Shown here piece by piece: positions 12,554-26,083 of a DNA stretch of 64,000 bases. The DNA is from Psammoneis japonica (Eukaryota): positions 248,001 through 312,000 of the forward strand of contig QPGO01000064.1 of NCBI GenBank assembly GCA_008632985.1, written 5' to 3'. Each line of letters begins with the position of its first letter. Position 1 is the first letter of the stretch. The notes under the pieces were generated by a model. It saw only the letters and a list, made by a program, of their open reading frames with translations, made no database searches and was not told where the DNA came from. The translations under genes and the position numbers were made by a program.

Positions 12554-14872
12554 ATGGATCAAAGGAATGATGTATCTGAAGAAAAAGGAAGAGCGACGGC
12601 TTTTTCTCGATTGCTCCCTCGACGAACAAAGAAATCAGGTCACAATCATACGACCTCTCGATTTCTCCCTCGACGCACAAAGAAATCAGAGCACAACTTT
12701 CAAACACCTGTCCCAAGCAATGATGAAAACGATGCTTCTGAAGCAAAACTTTATCCTCTGGTCCGCACTTTGACCGAAGAGGAAACGAATTTAAAAGGAT
12801 GAAGGCGACAAGAAAAATCATCGACGAATCGGATTTGACCGACACATCAAGCACACCAGCAAAGCAGGTCTTTCTGCGGCCGCCAGCGATTTACGAACAA
12901 CAAGATGAGCAGATGCTTCAGTCATCTCGTTACTCTGACGAAAGAAAAGCGATAGAAAACCCCGATGATGCGATTAAATCGAGTTTGAGCAGCACACATG
13001 CCGGTACCCTAAAGAGAGCAAGAACTCCAAAGCAAGTTTCTCTGAAGCTGCCGGCGATTTGCGAACAGCAAGACGAGCAAATGCCTCAATCATCTCCGAG
13101 TTCTACCAGAAAGGTAATCGACAAATCGGGTTTGAACGGCTCACGTACTCCAAAGCAAATGGCTCTGCGGCTGTCGGCGATTTCTCAGCAACAAGTCGAA
13201 CAGTTGCGCCAGTCGTCTACTTATTCAGACAAAGACGTAGGGATCCCGGAGGACGCTGACTATGAAGCCGAAACAGTTGGGGATATGCTGGCCGAGTCGG
13301 TCAGAAGCAGTGTCATGTGGAAATCAATGCTCAGAAGTTCCGCAAGTCTACGTTCTTCATTGAGGCGTTCAAGTCTCGTCGCTTCTTTACGACGTCGCTA
13401 CTCACGTTCCTTTGGATCTGCCATCACCAAATCCCAGAAGGCTCGTCGATCAGCAGCAAAGAAATGGGCTGAATCGTACAGAACTAGTAGCTCGTGCGGC
13501 AGAGTGGACGAAACGAGCCATTTTGTTGCCCAGAGCAAGTGGGGTGTCGTCATTGAAAGATGGATCGTGCCATGGACTCCAGCAAGTACAGAAAGCCTTT
13601 TTGTATTTCTCTTCTTGTTCAACATGTTTCAAACTGTCCCGTTTGGCTTTTCAAGAATGCTGAGGGGCAAATGGGTCCAGGTGTACGTACAGCAGCAGTT
13701 TGTCAATTCCATCTTGTCTTTTTTGGGGATCAAACCGCTATTTGGAGATAATCTCGACGGCGTTGTTTATCCTTCGGATCATGAAAATCCCACAAGGCCT
13801 GGCATCGACTTTTCTATTGCACTACATCTGGGGGCTGGGCTTCTTTGGCTTCTGATTGGCACAACGCAGTAAGTTTTGGGATTTTGATTCGCCGTGCCGA
13901 TATTATCTCCACGTATGCTCAGCTCTTTCTTTCCCCCACGCAGGTTTGCTTCGTCAAATGTTGTCTCACGCAGGTTCCATCGAAGTTTTGGTTACTTGGC
14001 ATCGATCTCATTCCTTATCCATATTTTCTCATCACTATACATTCTTTACAAAGACCATGTGCACCACCATGTGCTTACCAGAGTTGTCTTGTTTCAAGGG
14101 ATAGTGTCTTCGACAATATATGTCGTGGGTGCAATCATGGCAGCTCGGAGCGGCGATGTCGAGGTGAGTAGCACCATTGTTGAAAGCGATTCAGTATCCG
14201 TGAATTGATGAATCTCATGATGCTCGTCCGATGTTTCCATCAGACCCATCGCGACATGTTGGTTAAAGGGTACTTGATATCGGCAGAAGGGTCGGGCCCC
14301 ATTCGCTTTACCGCATGGATACAATACATTTTTGGTCATTTGTTTCTACGCGCCGAGTCACGTGTCTGGTTTGAAACAAGCCGTTGTCAGGCGCAATTCG
14401 TTACGGCAGCTGCAGGCCGTTGCGCTCTTCCGTATATCTTCCGGCTACAAGCTATGCGTTTACTTACATTGTATTTTAATGTGTTGTACCTTCGAACTCC
14501 GGAGAAAGCGAGAGACGTTACAAGCCGGTTATTTTACGGAAAGAAGTTTATGAAGATGCCAAATTTCATCTCATCACAATGGCTACCATCATTATTTTGT
14601 CACAGCTGGACCTCCAGGATTGGGAGTTTATGCGTTCCGTCAGTGGAAAGGGGGCACCTCTACAACTCTGCGCCCTGACCTTTCAGACGTACAAAATGAT
14701 CAAGTCCCACATTGGCGAGCTTCATCAAACGCTCTTGATGCCCCGTCGCAACGCAGTTCGTCACAAGTCGGCAACGCGAAGCGCCAACGCTGTAGTCGAG
14801 TGGGCAGAACGCCATGGATTGAGAGACTCGGTTCCGGCGACCTCGAGGCTGATAATCATGAAAGAAGAATGA
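12554..14872 (+). CDS. Multi-pass membrane protein (DUF2306-like) with disordered N-terminus; intron ~13869-13944, probably one more intron, and frameshifts
   Basis: ORFs 12554-12802, 12799-13872, 13894-14208, 14205-14678 and 14579-14872. LHLGAGLLWLLIGTTQ, FHRSFGYL and HRDMLVKGY motifs. Confidence 0.5.
12850..13235 (+). repeat. Three degenerate intragenic repeats (TPxKQ..L.L.AI.EQQ.EQ..QSS)
   Basis: Copies near 12855, 13022 and 13145 share ACTCCAAAGCAA...GGCGATTT...CAACAAG. Confidence 0.7.
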
Positions 14873-15200
14873 TCGCTTGCATTTTCTTGTAAATCGCGAG
14901 AAGTGAGTCCAGCATATCATAATTGTCATATGAGACACGTTGTTCTTGCGGTACAGTGAGCCTTGCCATTCTGCTGCGTGATCGGGATAAATGGGTTCGT
15001 GCATGACACACACGCAGGATAACGTTTGAATTCCTCAATTTCTACTCTTGTTAAACTACTGTACCGAACCTAGAAAGCCTGATATAGATGATTCTATCGC
15101 AGATGCTTTCTGCCGTGGACACGTTGCCACGGAGTTTGCGCGTCCGCCGACGCCGAAAACAACACGAAACTCAGACCACATTGTACAAGGTCAATGTCTC

Positions 15201-16766
15201 TTACTTCTTTGTCAACTTGAACTCATTCTTCCACCCATTTACGGGGAAGTGCACCTTTTCTGAGGCTCTTACTTTCAGATCATACGACTGCAACATCCTT
15301 GTAAGCAGGACTCTCATTTCAAGCTTGGCAAAATGAGATCCGAGGCAGCCATGAGATCCGCCACCAAAGATTGGGTAGTTAGCCTTGAGATTATTATAAT
15401 CCACACCCTTCGCTTCTAGACTAGAGTCAACCGCGAGCGGATGATCTTCTGGTAAATATCGTTGAATCTCAAACTTGGATGGAGTTGGGTACACGTCGTC
15501 GTTCTGTGATGCGGCAAGAATATTGTAGCGTACCACCATATCCTTGGGAAGCTTGTATCCTTTGTACTCTGTGCCTTTTCGAAATTTTCGAAAGGCACCA
15601 CCAACGGGAGGATCCATTCTCCAAGACTCGGCCAGGAACGCATTCAACACTGGCGCATTCTTGAGCTCATCAAAATCGAGCGGCTCCTGAAACGACTGCA
15701 CTTCTTTTGTCAAGGCTTCACACACAGCAACATTCTCCGAGAGATAATGCAACGCTGTTCCCATACTAGCATAGGTGGTGTCGTGTCCAGCAAAGATCAT
15801 GTTGAGGACATTGTCTGCGAGCGTTTCAGGGGCCATTGGGTTGCCGTTCTCGTCTTTTCCGTAGCAAACTCGTCCCATCATGCTCTTTTGAGCCCGTTCT
15901 GATTCGGGAGGATTTTCCTCTTTGAACTTTTGTACCAAAGTATCTACAGTTTCAAGAATGCGGTCCCGGGCAGCCATGGCCTTGTAAAACAGAGTCCCGG
16001 GAACGCGAAGCGGAAAAATACTTCCAAAGCCACTAATCCAGATGGTAAAATCGTCGTGAAGCTGATTCATTATTTTCTCATCAACTGATCCAAACCCAGC
16101 AATGAAAAAGAGTCGCAAGGCAAACATTTTGAATTCTGCCGACGAATGAAACGTATCTGTCGAACTCCATGTTTCAAGTGAATCTTGAGTGGCAGTATCC
16201 AATACTTGTACGTAATCACGAGTCGCATTCGGAGCAAAGGCCGGCTCCAACAATCGTCGCAACATGCGATGCTGTTGTCCAGAGGTATTAGCAACCGCTC
16301 CGTCGCCCAACAAAGCTCGGATTTGTGGCGGCCATATGCCCTCTACTCTTCCTTTTCGCTCAATGTTCCAAAGCCACGAAATATCAATTGGATTGCCAAA
16401 CACAACTACTTGCGCAAGGGTATTCTCCATGTACGTGTCTCCAAACTTGGCTTGCTTATTTCTTCCATAAGAAGAGGGATTCGTAATAAAGGGAATGAAT
16501 TCGCCAACGATCGGATATCCCAAATCGCCCGGTGGCAAAAAACGTCGTTGGTATGCCGTACGCACTTCATTCATGAGCCAATACAAACACAGAAGCACTG
16601 ATAAAATGGAAACGACATATCCCGCAATCGTAGTAGCAGACAGAACCGACTTTGCGGCGAGTGAAAGACAACCAATAATGACGGCGCCTCGTAGCAAATG
16701 CTGTTGAAGTAGCGCCCCGGCGCTGATGGTAATGCCGGAACTCGTTTCGTCAACGTCTTCTGGCAT
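15201..16766 (-). CDS. Cytochrome P450
   Basis: I-helix FAGHDTT, ExxR (ESWR), heme motif FGGGSHGCLG, Pro-rich LPPG after the TM anchor. Confidence 0.95.
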   Translation of the reverse strand: MPEDVDETSSGITISAGALLQQHLLRGAVIIGCLSLAAKSVLSATTIAGYVVSILSVLLCLYWLMNEVRTAYQRRFLPPGDLGYPIVGEFIPFITNPSSYGRNKQAKFGDTYMENTLAQVVVFGNPIDISWLWNIERKGRVEGIWPPQIRALLGDGAVANTSGQQHRMLRRLLEPAFAPNATRDYVQVLDTATQDSLETWSSTDTFHSSAEFKMFALRLFFIAGFGSVDEKIMNQLHDDFTIWISGFGSIFPLRVPGTLFYKAMAARDRILETVDTLVQKFKEENPPESERAQKSMMGRVCYGKDENGNPMAPETLADNVLNMIFAGHDTTYASMGTALHYLSENVAVCEALTKEVQSFQEPLDFDELKNAPVLNAFLAESWRMDPPVGGAFRKFRKGTEYKGYKLPKDMVVRYNILAASQNDDVYPTPSKFEIQRYLPEDHPLAVDSSLEAKGVDYNNLKANYPIFGGGSHGCLGSHFAKLEMRVLLTRMLQSYDLKVRASEKVHFPVNGWKNEFKLTKK

Positions 16767-17384
16767 TCTTGCTGCCTTTGCTAAAATAGAGTTAGAGATA
16801 AGAGATTGAAACACAACTCTTTTCTTATTGATGCTGCTGACACTGTTACCTGACTGTATGCTTTATCGTCGCCTTGAAAGAGGAGTCGTGAGGGAATCCT
16901 GACGCATCGCCCCCACTGCGGATCATGCATTTCTTTCGATTTTTACCTTCGATCGCTTGATTGCGTGGCGCGGTTCAAAACGCGACCCGTTGTCAGGTCG
17001 CGCATTTCAGTCGTGAAAAGCCAATCGTTCGTTCCGTTCCATTTTTTCTCGTTGTGATGAGTTGACTTGAGCGAAAATGTGAGTACAAATGATTTATCCT
17101 AGTTAAATAGCAGCGAGGAAGGCGAGATCGGCGACGAATCATCATCGCCTGTGCCTTTCTCCCTTCATCAACAAAGTGCGGATCGAGCCTCTAGCGCCGC
17201 GGCACGTCTTTCAAAGAATATTACTCATAGCAGTAGACACGACAATGAGTGCGTACACGTGTGGCCATTTCCAAGTAGTTACACACAGTCTGCATTATTA
17301 ATAATTTACGTTTTCCTTTTGCAGCATGTTATCGTGCGGCGCTTTGTGATGAGCGACACGAGTGCTTGTTGCAAGACAAAGAGC

Positions 17385-18583
17385 TCAACGCAGAAGGTCC
17401 GTCGCAAAGAGGACAATAATAAAACACACAAGCACAACGATAAAAGTGATGCGACTATAGCAAAAGTTGAATATCAACAGGACGATTGTGAGAATGGGAG
17501 TAAAATTTCAAACAACTGAATCCAAGAAGCAAAGTCACAACCCACCATTGTTTCTTTCGAATGCTCTTTTGATGTTCAATAGCTTCAACCAAATTCTCAT
17601 TGCCATCCTCAATGTAGTCTGCGGCACCTTTAACTTGAAACTCTATGTGATCTAGGATTTCACCCTGTTGCTCAGTGAGCAGTGCGAAGTCCAAAAACAA
17701 TTCATGCAACTCTGCGACAGACTGTTCCAGTGTTAACACGTCTTGATACTTTCCTGCCACCTTTTCGTATGCAGTCCTGTCGCGAAAGAGCAAATACAGA
17801 AAAGGTTACGAGTTTCGTTGCAACGCGCGACCCGGAATTGTCACGACAATAACCAGAACAATAATGCACGCTGTGCTTCAAATACTAAAAAACAACTCAC
17901 TTGATGGGATCGGCCACGCCGTTGACAAGGATTGATTCGCGGTAGAGAGCATCTCTTCCTCCTTCACTCCGCATAACTGCATCCACTTCTTCGTCTGTAG
18001 CATCAGGTATGACCATTCTAACTTGTCGTGCAGCTTTCACCTTGATATCCTGTTTGTACTTTTCTTGTGCATTTCGATACAATTTCGTTTCATCAATGAA
18101 CTTGTGAGTGAGCGTATTGACGAGGTTCTCGCGTATTCGCAAATCGCTCGTTTTAATTTCTCCTTCATTTTTCAATTTAGCGTTCTCTTTCTTGAGTAGT
18201 GACAAGATATTCTTTGTCCGTTTCGCCGTCTTGTTGGTCTCGTTCGCCAGAGGCTGGAGTCTAGCACTTTGCTTGTTTTCCTCGTCGGTTGTAGTTGCAA
18301 GAAGCACTTTTTCGTTAATATCTCCAATGGTGTTTGTAGCGTCTCGTATGGCATCAACATTCGCCTTGATTTGATCAACCTCGCTGAAAAAAGTTTCCAT
18401 ATACTGAGTCCCCGGTTGCATCACCCCCATCTCAACGTCTCCGACAGGGGCATCAGAAACTTCATGTCGCTTGTGCTTTTTTACTTTTAGTTTCCTCTTT
18501 TTCTTTGGGGTGGGATCCACGGTGGTCTTTGGAGATTCCTCCACCATCTCCCACGATGAAATGTCTTCCAATCGATTGTTCAT
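17385..18583 (-). CDS. Syntaxin (Qa-SNARE, plasma-membrane type), two introns
   Basis: Habc region (FFSEVDQIK), SNARE motif LEQSVAELHELFLDFALLTEQQGEILDHIE, and final TM exon RITFIVVLVCFIIVLF. Confidence 0.9.
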
Positions 18584-19007
18584 CGTCGCGGCTTGGGTCG
18601 TGCAATGGTGACAGAATGCTACCGGTAGCAGAGTTGTGTAATAATGTTGCCGATGGTCTTCGTCTTGTCCGTTTGAATTGTGTGAGTCTGAGTCGTACAT
18701 GCTCGACAGGATCCAATTGGACATGAACGAAAAGATGATTCAACATCGCGACATTGTAAGGTGCGAAGTTTGGTCCCACTTCGAACTTGGCTTCTCACAA
18801 TCCTCGAGCTCCGAGAGCTAAAAAAAGAGCAACCTTCACCGATGTTCGTCGAACATCACATTCCTCAGAGATGAAGATGAAAAATGCGCGGGAAGAGTGA
18901 AAAAAGATCGCAAAGATTGTTGCAAAACATCATCAGCACCGCAAACGTCTCACAATTCCAACAAGTGAGCACTTTCCATAAGCACTCTCTCATCATCTGA
19001 TAAGATT

Positions 19008-19938
19008 ATGAGCTTTGTTACTTCTTCTGCATACAAGACCGCCATGTCCGCAAACGCTCCGAGTGTTGCTCTCGTGACGGGTGGGAAATCGGGTATTGGT
19101 TTGGCTCTCGCCAACATGTTGGCATCGTTTTCCTTTGTCGACAAGGTGATTGCCGTGTCTCGTAGTATAACCAAACAAGACTTGCAAGACTACAGCGACA
19201 AGATTGTTCCACTGGCTGCCAATGTCGCCACGGACGAGGGACGAAACACAATTGTAAGCGAGGTTCAACGTCTCTGTGGTGACGAGCAACAGCTCCGATT
19301 TTTAATTCATGCGGCCGGTACCATTGAACCCATCAAGCCCATTTTTGAACTACAAGCAGACGAACTGAGAAACGCCATGGTTGTAAATTGTGAAGCTCCC
19401 TTGTTGTTGACAACAGCTCTGTATCCCTTTATGGCTGCCAAAGAGAGTAACGAGAAAAGTGTCGCTGGACGAGTGTTGCATGTGTCTTCGGGTGCCGCTC
19501 ATGGAGCTCCACCCGTTGGTTGGAGCGCCTATGGTATTAGCAAGGCGGCCTTTTTTCAATCCTTTCGAGCATTGGAACGAGAATTTCGTCAAGACGGTGC
19601 AAAAGTCGTGGTTGGATCCTTCAAGCCCGGTGTTGTGGACACGGCCATGCAAGGCACGATTCGGTGTACGCCAGCCGATGTCATGCCTATTGTTCAAACT
19701 TTAAAAACATGAAGGAAAAGGCAGCGACACTTGAAGCTATTGGGGGCAAAAGGCAAAGCCACCGCCCAGTGGAGCACTTGATCGACCAGAGAATGTCGCA
19801 TTCTTTGCCGAGTACCTATTGGTGGGTACGACGGATGAAGAATTTGCCAATGCGAATGATCCCAATGAATACGATATTCGTAACAAGGACCTGTATCCGC
19901 TTTGGATCCCAGAGGAGAATCTTCCAAAGGAGGAGTAG
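19008..19938 (+). CDS. Short-chain dehydrogenase/reductase (sepiapterin/benzil reductase-like); frameshifts ~19700-19755
   Basis: TGGKSGIG, VSSGAA, YGISK, PGVVDTAMQ. Confidence 0.9.
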
Positions 19939-20288
19939 AGTGATTAGGGCGAGATTTTGAAATTAGTGGGGTAGTTGTCTAGAGATTGAGAAGGAATAGT
20001 TCATGTTTTTGTTGGATCACATCTTTGTATCAACCGTAGACAAGCAAGCCATGGATACTGTAGATCCTAGCATCGACAATCTTTTTGTGCTCAGCCATCT
20101 TCGGCCTAGGCCAGTTTAGTTGTACTGGGTTGATAGGTTAGGCGGCCGCGGGTCGTCTGGCATCCGCCCTTGTCTGCGCTCTCCGACAATAGCGCATTAC
20201 CTCACAAATCCGCAAATCGCAACACATCAGCACATCAGTGACATATAAGCAACTTTGTGGCAGCTTTAGATATGGTCCACCCTTTAGA

Positions 20289-21634
20289 ATGAAATTCACA
20301 TGTTCAGGCGCCACGATTACGTCGGTAACAATTCTTGCTATACTCCTGATTGGTAAAATTGACGACTCAGTTGCGTCATCCGCAAGAAACGGCCCATACC
20401 ACGCGGCAGCCGTGCACGAGTGGATCCAAAGCAAGTGTGGTGCGGATGGTTCACCCGGTTTATGGGCCTACGAAGGCGCCCTATATGATCCCATGACGGG
20501 GAATCGAATATGCAATGTTGAGGGAATGGAAATTGTCACGCCATTAGCTTCCTGTGAAGCCAGCAACGAAGAATCGTGTGGCAACTTTCGCTCCAAGTGC
20601 AAATCTCTGGCAATACCTCGATTGCTTTTTCCAGACAAAATGGACGATTCAATGAAACAAAGAACACACAAGAAAGTTGATGATTCGAATGAATGGGACT
20701 ATGCTACAACTGTTTTATCGAGAAAGATCTTTTGCTACAAAAAGGAGGATCAATTGATTCAGAAAATAAAGGCTCACCCAACAGCTCCGACACGTCAGAT
20801 TCCTCGCTCACAAGCCATGGTAATTTGGGATGCCGCAACAACCTATGTCTCTCGTGGGAAAGAGGGGCGAGAATTATACATTCATACAGAACAGCCAAAT
20901 GCGTCGTGTCTGTCGGCCAGTGCGGTTGCAACACCCCATGGCAACGAACCAGACACGACATCTCCAAGCAGACGCCTGTTTGACTTTACAATTTACACCA
21001 AGCGAAAACGAGGAAGCAAATTCGGTTGCCGCCATTGTATCAGCAGGAATTACCAATAATACAACAATGACAGCATCACCACCACGATCCAAACTTATCC
21101 AGTTTGGATCGGGCAAGAAGGAACTGCTAGACAAGTTTGGGGCCGTGAAACATACTCCTTTTCCATACCCATCCAACAAGAAGAACAAGTCGAACGAGGC
21201 TGGTTGTCACGCTTTCGAAACGCAAAAAGCCCATCACCGCATGGTGCAAAGCAAGTGTACTGTACACACGCTATGGAGAAGGACCACCGTGGTTGGGTCC
21301 GGGACGCATGTGCACGTTGGAATTGCGGGGTCAGCGCATCGATTCCATTCGACAGGCACCGCCACTCTTGTATGAAACGTGCTTTTCCAATGCTCGAGAC
21401 TTGGCAAAGTTCTTGCCAAGCTTCCTTCCAAAGCGCGCCGCTGCATCGCCACGACTGACGCAAAAGAAACCAGCCATTGATGAGAATCAAGACTTGGTGG
21501 TTGCACAAGAACACAATGCCGTGGCACTGTTTCGAGAAGGAGGAGGGTCTCTCAGGAAGGACGAAACAAAAGGCGGTGGCTTGTATCATGTATGGAATCG
21601 AATTCGTTCCGCTACAACGTCAGTCGATAGTTAA
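20289..21634 (+). CDS. Hypothetical protein with signal peptide; frameshifts ~21020-21290
   Basis: Hydrophobic N-terminus. WAYEGALYDP..NVEGME and RYGEGPPW..GPGRMCTLEL segments lie in successive frames. Confidence 0.55.
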
Positions 21635-22092
21635 TGCAAGCTCCTAGTGTATGAGCTGTGCGTCGATCATGCTACTTCGAATGCGGCTGCTATTGCTTTT
21701 CATTTAATTACTTACTGACAATGTAAGAGCACCCGCACCCACTTATCCAGTAAGACTATAGTTACTTTTCTAGCTCAGTAACGTTTATGACCGTGTACAA
21801 TGGATGGGGCGGAAACAGGAGCATAGAGAGGAAAGAAACGGGAGAATTTCAAAACTCTGCGATGGATGCGATGATTTAGTCACGCGGATACTCTATCTTA
21901 GAGCTACCTTACAGACAGTCCAAGTGCATGCAGACTAGCTCACCAATTTATACCAGAGAGAAAAACGAGCAGTAGACTAGCTGGTGTGTGGTGCTCGATC
22001 CAACTGTACATGCCGGCATTACGTGAATATAGTTCCTGATTGTCAATAGCCTTTCAAAAGCAATCGAATCATTCACTGTCACATGGAAAGGT

Positions 22093-23896
22093 TCAAACCA
22101 ACTGCACATTTCCCTCTGGACCGAGTTGTGTTTGATAGGTATAAAGGTACTCGTTCAAGGCATCTTGTGCGTTTGATTTTGTAATGCGAGCCGTAATGGC
22201 CACACGAAAGCCCTGACGAGCATCCATGTTGGGCGCATGAAAGATACCGGCACGCTGTACATGAATGGTTCCGTGATGAGTCACTAGGCCTCGGGCTCCA
22301 AGATACATGCCCGCATCACGATCGTTGTCGCTACTGTTGTAACTGGGAGTAAAGTTCAAAATGGGTTTCCACAAGACCATTTCCTTTCCCGAATCCTCGA
22401 TTGGCTTTTCGTAAAAGACGGTGGTAACCACGGGTTGATGAGGCACGAGTGGGGCATTCTTTGCTTTTAGAGAGGGAACAGCATCTTGATGGTAGTGAAA
22501 CCCAGCACCACGTAAATTGCAGCCAAAAATGAGTGTGTTATATCCCGGTTCCACGGGAGGAACGAGATGGACCGCCGTGTACACCAAGTTGTGAGCGACG
22601 CACATTTTGTCTGCGCTTGAAAAAGAAGCAAGAGGGTGATGGTTAGTCGCTGTTACGGCATAAGGTACTGATACCTTATCGATATACCAAACAAGGTTTG
22701 TTTTGTAATAGTACTCACGGGTCAGTTCTGTATGAGGCGATCCGTTGACAAGCTTGAGCTTGTCTTGTTCTTGTCCCAAGACGTAGGGACCACCAAAGGC
22801 TCGAATGAGAGCGTCGGGACTACGACGGCACCAAAAATTGGGCTCACGCATCAACTTTCCCATGTCTTGAAGAGTATCGGGATGCCACACGCCCGTGACA
22901 CCGTGCATGGAACCGTCCAATAAATCAGCTGCCTTGGCCTTTTGACAAGTAGACATTTCCATAGCAGGCAAGACGTCGAGTGCTCCAGACACGTTCCACT
23001 CGCAGGGAGGCAAGAGACCAGCCGTACGATACCACCATGCCTTGTCGTTTGCCGGTGCCATGCCTAGACTGACGAGTGCATCATCCGACGGTGGCCAACA
23101 AGACGACGTTTGCTCTTGAATGTCTTGAATGGAAAGAGGAGACAAAGCAGAACACTTGTTGGACTCATCCAATGGCGGAGCATCGACACCAAATGATGGT
23201 GTATCTGTGGTTGGCTTCCAATCTGGAACCGGGTTCCACGGCAATGCCTTGAGGTCGTTGAGCGCGTACGGTGCTGTCTTGGCTCGTTCCACGTCGGCTT
23301 TGGCAATGGTGTGGCAATACGGACCAACCAAGCTGCTGCCGTTTGGAGTAGAGGTGCGTCCCAAAATTGCATTTACGGCTTCTGCTTGAGCAGCAACTCC
23401 CTTGATTCGAATCAAAAAGGACGTTTCAAAACACTGGATGATGCTAGCACTGGAAATTTGAATCAAATTTGCATCCAAAAGAGGAGCGATTGTGGCGGCA
23501 CGGGCCTTGACGATGTGACCCAACTTTTTGCTGCAGGAAGAATAGACCGCAATGGCATTGGCATCGTACTCGTTTTCGTTTCAAGACCACATTAGTACCT
23601 ACAGTGAGAACAAACGTATCGTTTTCGTTCTTGTAGAATCTCCATCCCACCATGGTGAGGCATGTTTCGAATTCTGTAGGATCGTTTTGACGTTTTGTTG
23701 TGATGATTGTATTGACCTCGCGTTGCTCCGTACTGATACCGTTGTTCGATTCTTGTTGCTGCGGTTGAGTTACTTCATACTTATCGTTGTTCTTGCTCCC
23801 TTGTTGATTCGTCGAATCACAAAGAACCGCGGCGGCACTCGTAAAGTCGCCAACAAGACTAACGCAATGCTTCTTTTTCGGTGGAAGCTTTCTCAT
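22093..23896 (-). CDS. HIRAN domain + 2OG-Fe(II) dioxygenase (AlkB-like fold); frameshift ~23575
   Basis: HIRAN-like MVGWRFY...VVLKR/NEYDANAIAVY...KLGHI...IAPLLD. C-terminal HxD (HQD), distal H (IFHAP) and RVAITAR. Confidence 0.65.
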
Positions 23897-23974
23897 GGTT
23901 GTCGTCTTGTATGTTATACCGACGAGTTGGGAAAATGAGCTCGATGTGATGTGTGATGATGTGTCGGCATGGAT

Positions 23975-23985
23975 TTTTCCCGCGC
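23975..23985 (+). promoter_or_regulatory. E2F-like motif TTTTCCCGCGC
   Basis: ~80 bp upstream of the HIRAN-2OG start. Confidence 0.45.
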
Positions 23986-26083
23986 TTTGCACTTCGCGTA
24001 GCATCAGCACTGAATGTTACGTAGCGCCCTTCATGATGGAATCGCACAACAGCATTTCTCTCTTGCCCTTTTTGCATAAATGCCAATGCCATGACCAGCA
24101 ATGACATTGTTGTTGTGATCAGGTCAATTGCGCCGGTTTCAGCTCTAGAGTAGATGTAATGCGTAGTTCAAATTTGGCGAAGAATTCCATGGTCCGTGCG
24201 TCGTCAGGATCAGAATCTTTTCAGCCACGGCACCATGATTGCACTGCTTTTTACTGATGTTTCCATGCAGGGCTTTGCTTTTTCATCAACATTGCAACAA
24301 CAATGCGGCAAAGCATCATCTCGGAAGCACCCACCAAACACCACATGCTGGCATCGTCAAGCAAGAAGAGAGGTGCGCTGCCTGCTGCAACAATGAAAAA
24401 TCTTGTGATGCTGCAAAGAGCACAAATGCCCAGCTCACTCAGTGTGTGTCCGAGCGCAAGGAGCAAGCAGAGGACCATGTTTTGGCCTCCAGAAAGCCTC
24501 CCATCAACAAAAACACCTCCTCTCATGGCAACTTTGCATCAAAAAATGTCTTTTTGCTCACTTTTGTTCTTTTTGCAAAAAACTCTCATCTCATGTGTCA
24601 AGAGCAACAAGAGCATCTTTCTCTCCTTGGGGCCTTCTTGCGCAACCCTTGCAAGAACCGTCTGGCTGAGAATGGATTGCATGTCATTCATGGACAAATT
24701 GCCACCAAGAACATTGGCATCTTTTGCCATCAACTGGCCCTGAAGGATCAAGACCACGAGCACGACCTGGTCACGGCATGGAGTGCAGCACAGGGAGTTG
24801 TGCTCTTTCTTGACAGCTCTTGGCCAGTGGACTTGGTTGGCGAAAGGGGGGCTGACAATCTCTGGGGATGTCACCATGATGTGACCTGTGGCAGCACACC
24901 ACCTGGCAACAAAGACTGGCCCAACCAGCCTTTCTCTCATTCTCTCCACGGTGTTTTGTCACGTCGTGCACTCCGACTGGCCGTCTGAAGTGATTGCGGT
25001 GGTTTGCAGTTGAACACTCGAACAGAGCCACATTTCTATGATGTCTTTGACGAGAAAATCTTAGAGCTTCAACAGTGGGGAGCAAAACGACCCATCGGCC
25101 ATCATTGCCGACACAATCTTTTCGTGTGTGCAGCAAAAATGAACGGCATGTGATGCTGCAGCTTTCGATCTGTGGGCTTTTCCCGTGCTTTTCGAGCCAG
25201 TCCTGTTGCCCCTAACTTCAAGATGTGACCAAAGTGAGCAAAGCGATCACAACCGGAAAAGAAAACTGAAGCACACAACAAGCAGTGTGATCACCTAAAT
25301 TTTGTGGGAAAAAAACCGTTGAACAATTTGGTGGATGAATGTGTTTCAATGATCACATCTCTCCCTCAAACACTGTCATCCGAACAAACCCTCAGTGTCT
25401 CACCCCCCTTTTCACATGAGGAATTTGGCTCTGCTGTTCGTTTTCTCCGATGACGCGATTTGAGAAAAAACCGTTAAATTGAGCAGTGATCACCTCCATT
25501 TCCCACAAAATGGAGGTGATCACTGCTTGTGGCCGGCAACCATTCGCAGCGCTCGTGGCATCGCTTCAGGCTTCGGGCAAGCTGTTCTATGCCACAAACT
25601 CTTGGACCATGATTCTCAACCAAAAATGCCATGAGCACAATGTTTCGCATTGGCATTTGTGTTTCAAATTCAGCCCAGAAAGCAAAGATTCTTCCCTCCG
25701 ACACGACGGTTGACGGTTCATCGTCCACCACGGCACACTGTGGGCAACAGTGCTGTGCAGAAAGGGCATGAAGAGAGAAACTTCCAAGAGGCAGATCAGA
25801 TCATCAAAGGACTTTCCCGCCCACTCGACACCTTTGAGAGATGTCATGAGGCTACCCGAACCGTTGTGCGTCACTCTTGAACTCTTGACATCAGGTCTTG
25901 CCATTCCCGAACCACGTCTGCGACTAAAAATGAGAATGCTGTGAGAAACCGCGACTGCAGTCACGGCGGATGCTGAACGATGACGAGAAATCTATGGCGT
26001 TGTCCTGCACTTTTTTTCTTGCAAGGTCGCTTTCATCCTTTCCACTGTTTTTTACTTTGCTCTGCAAGACGTTCATCCACATC

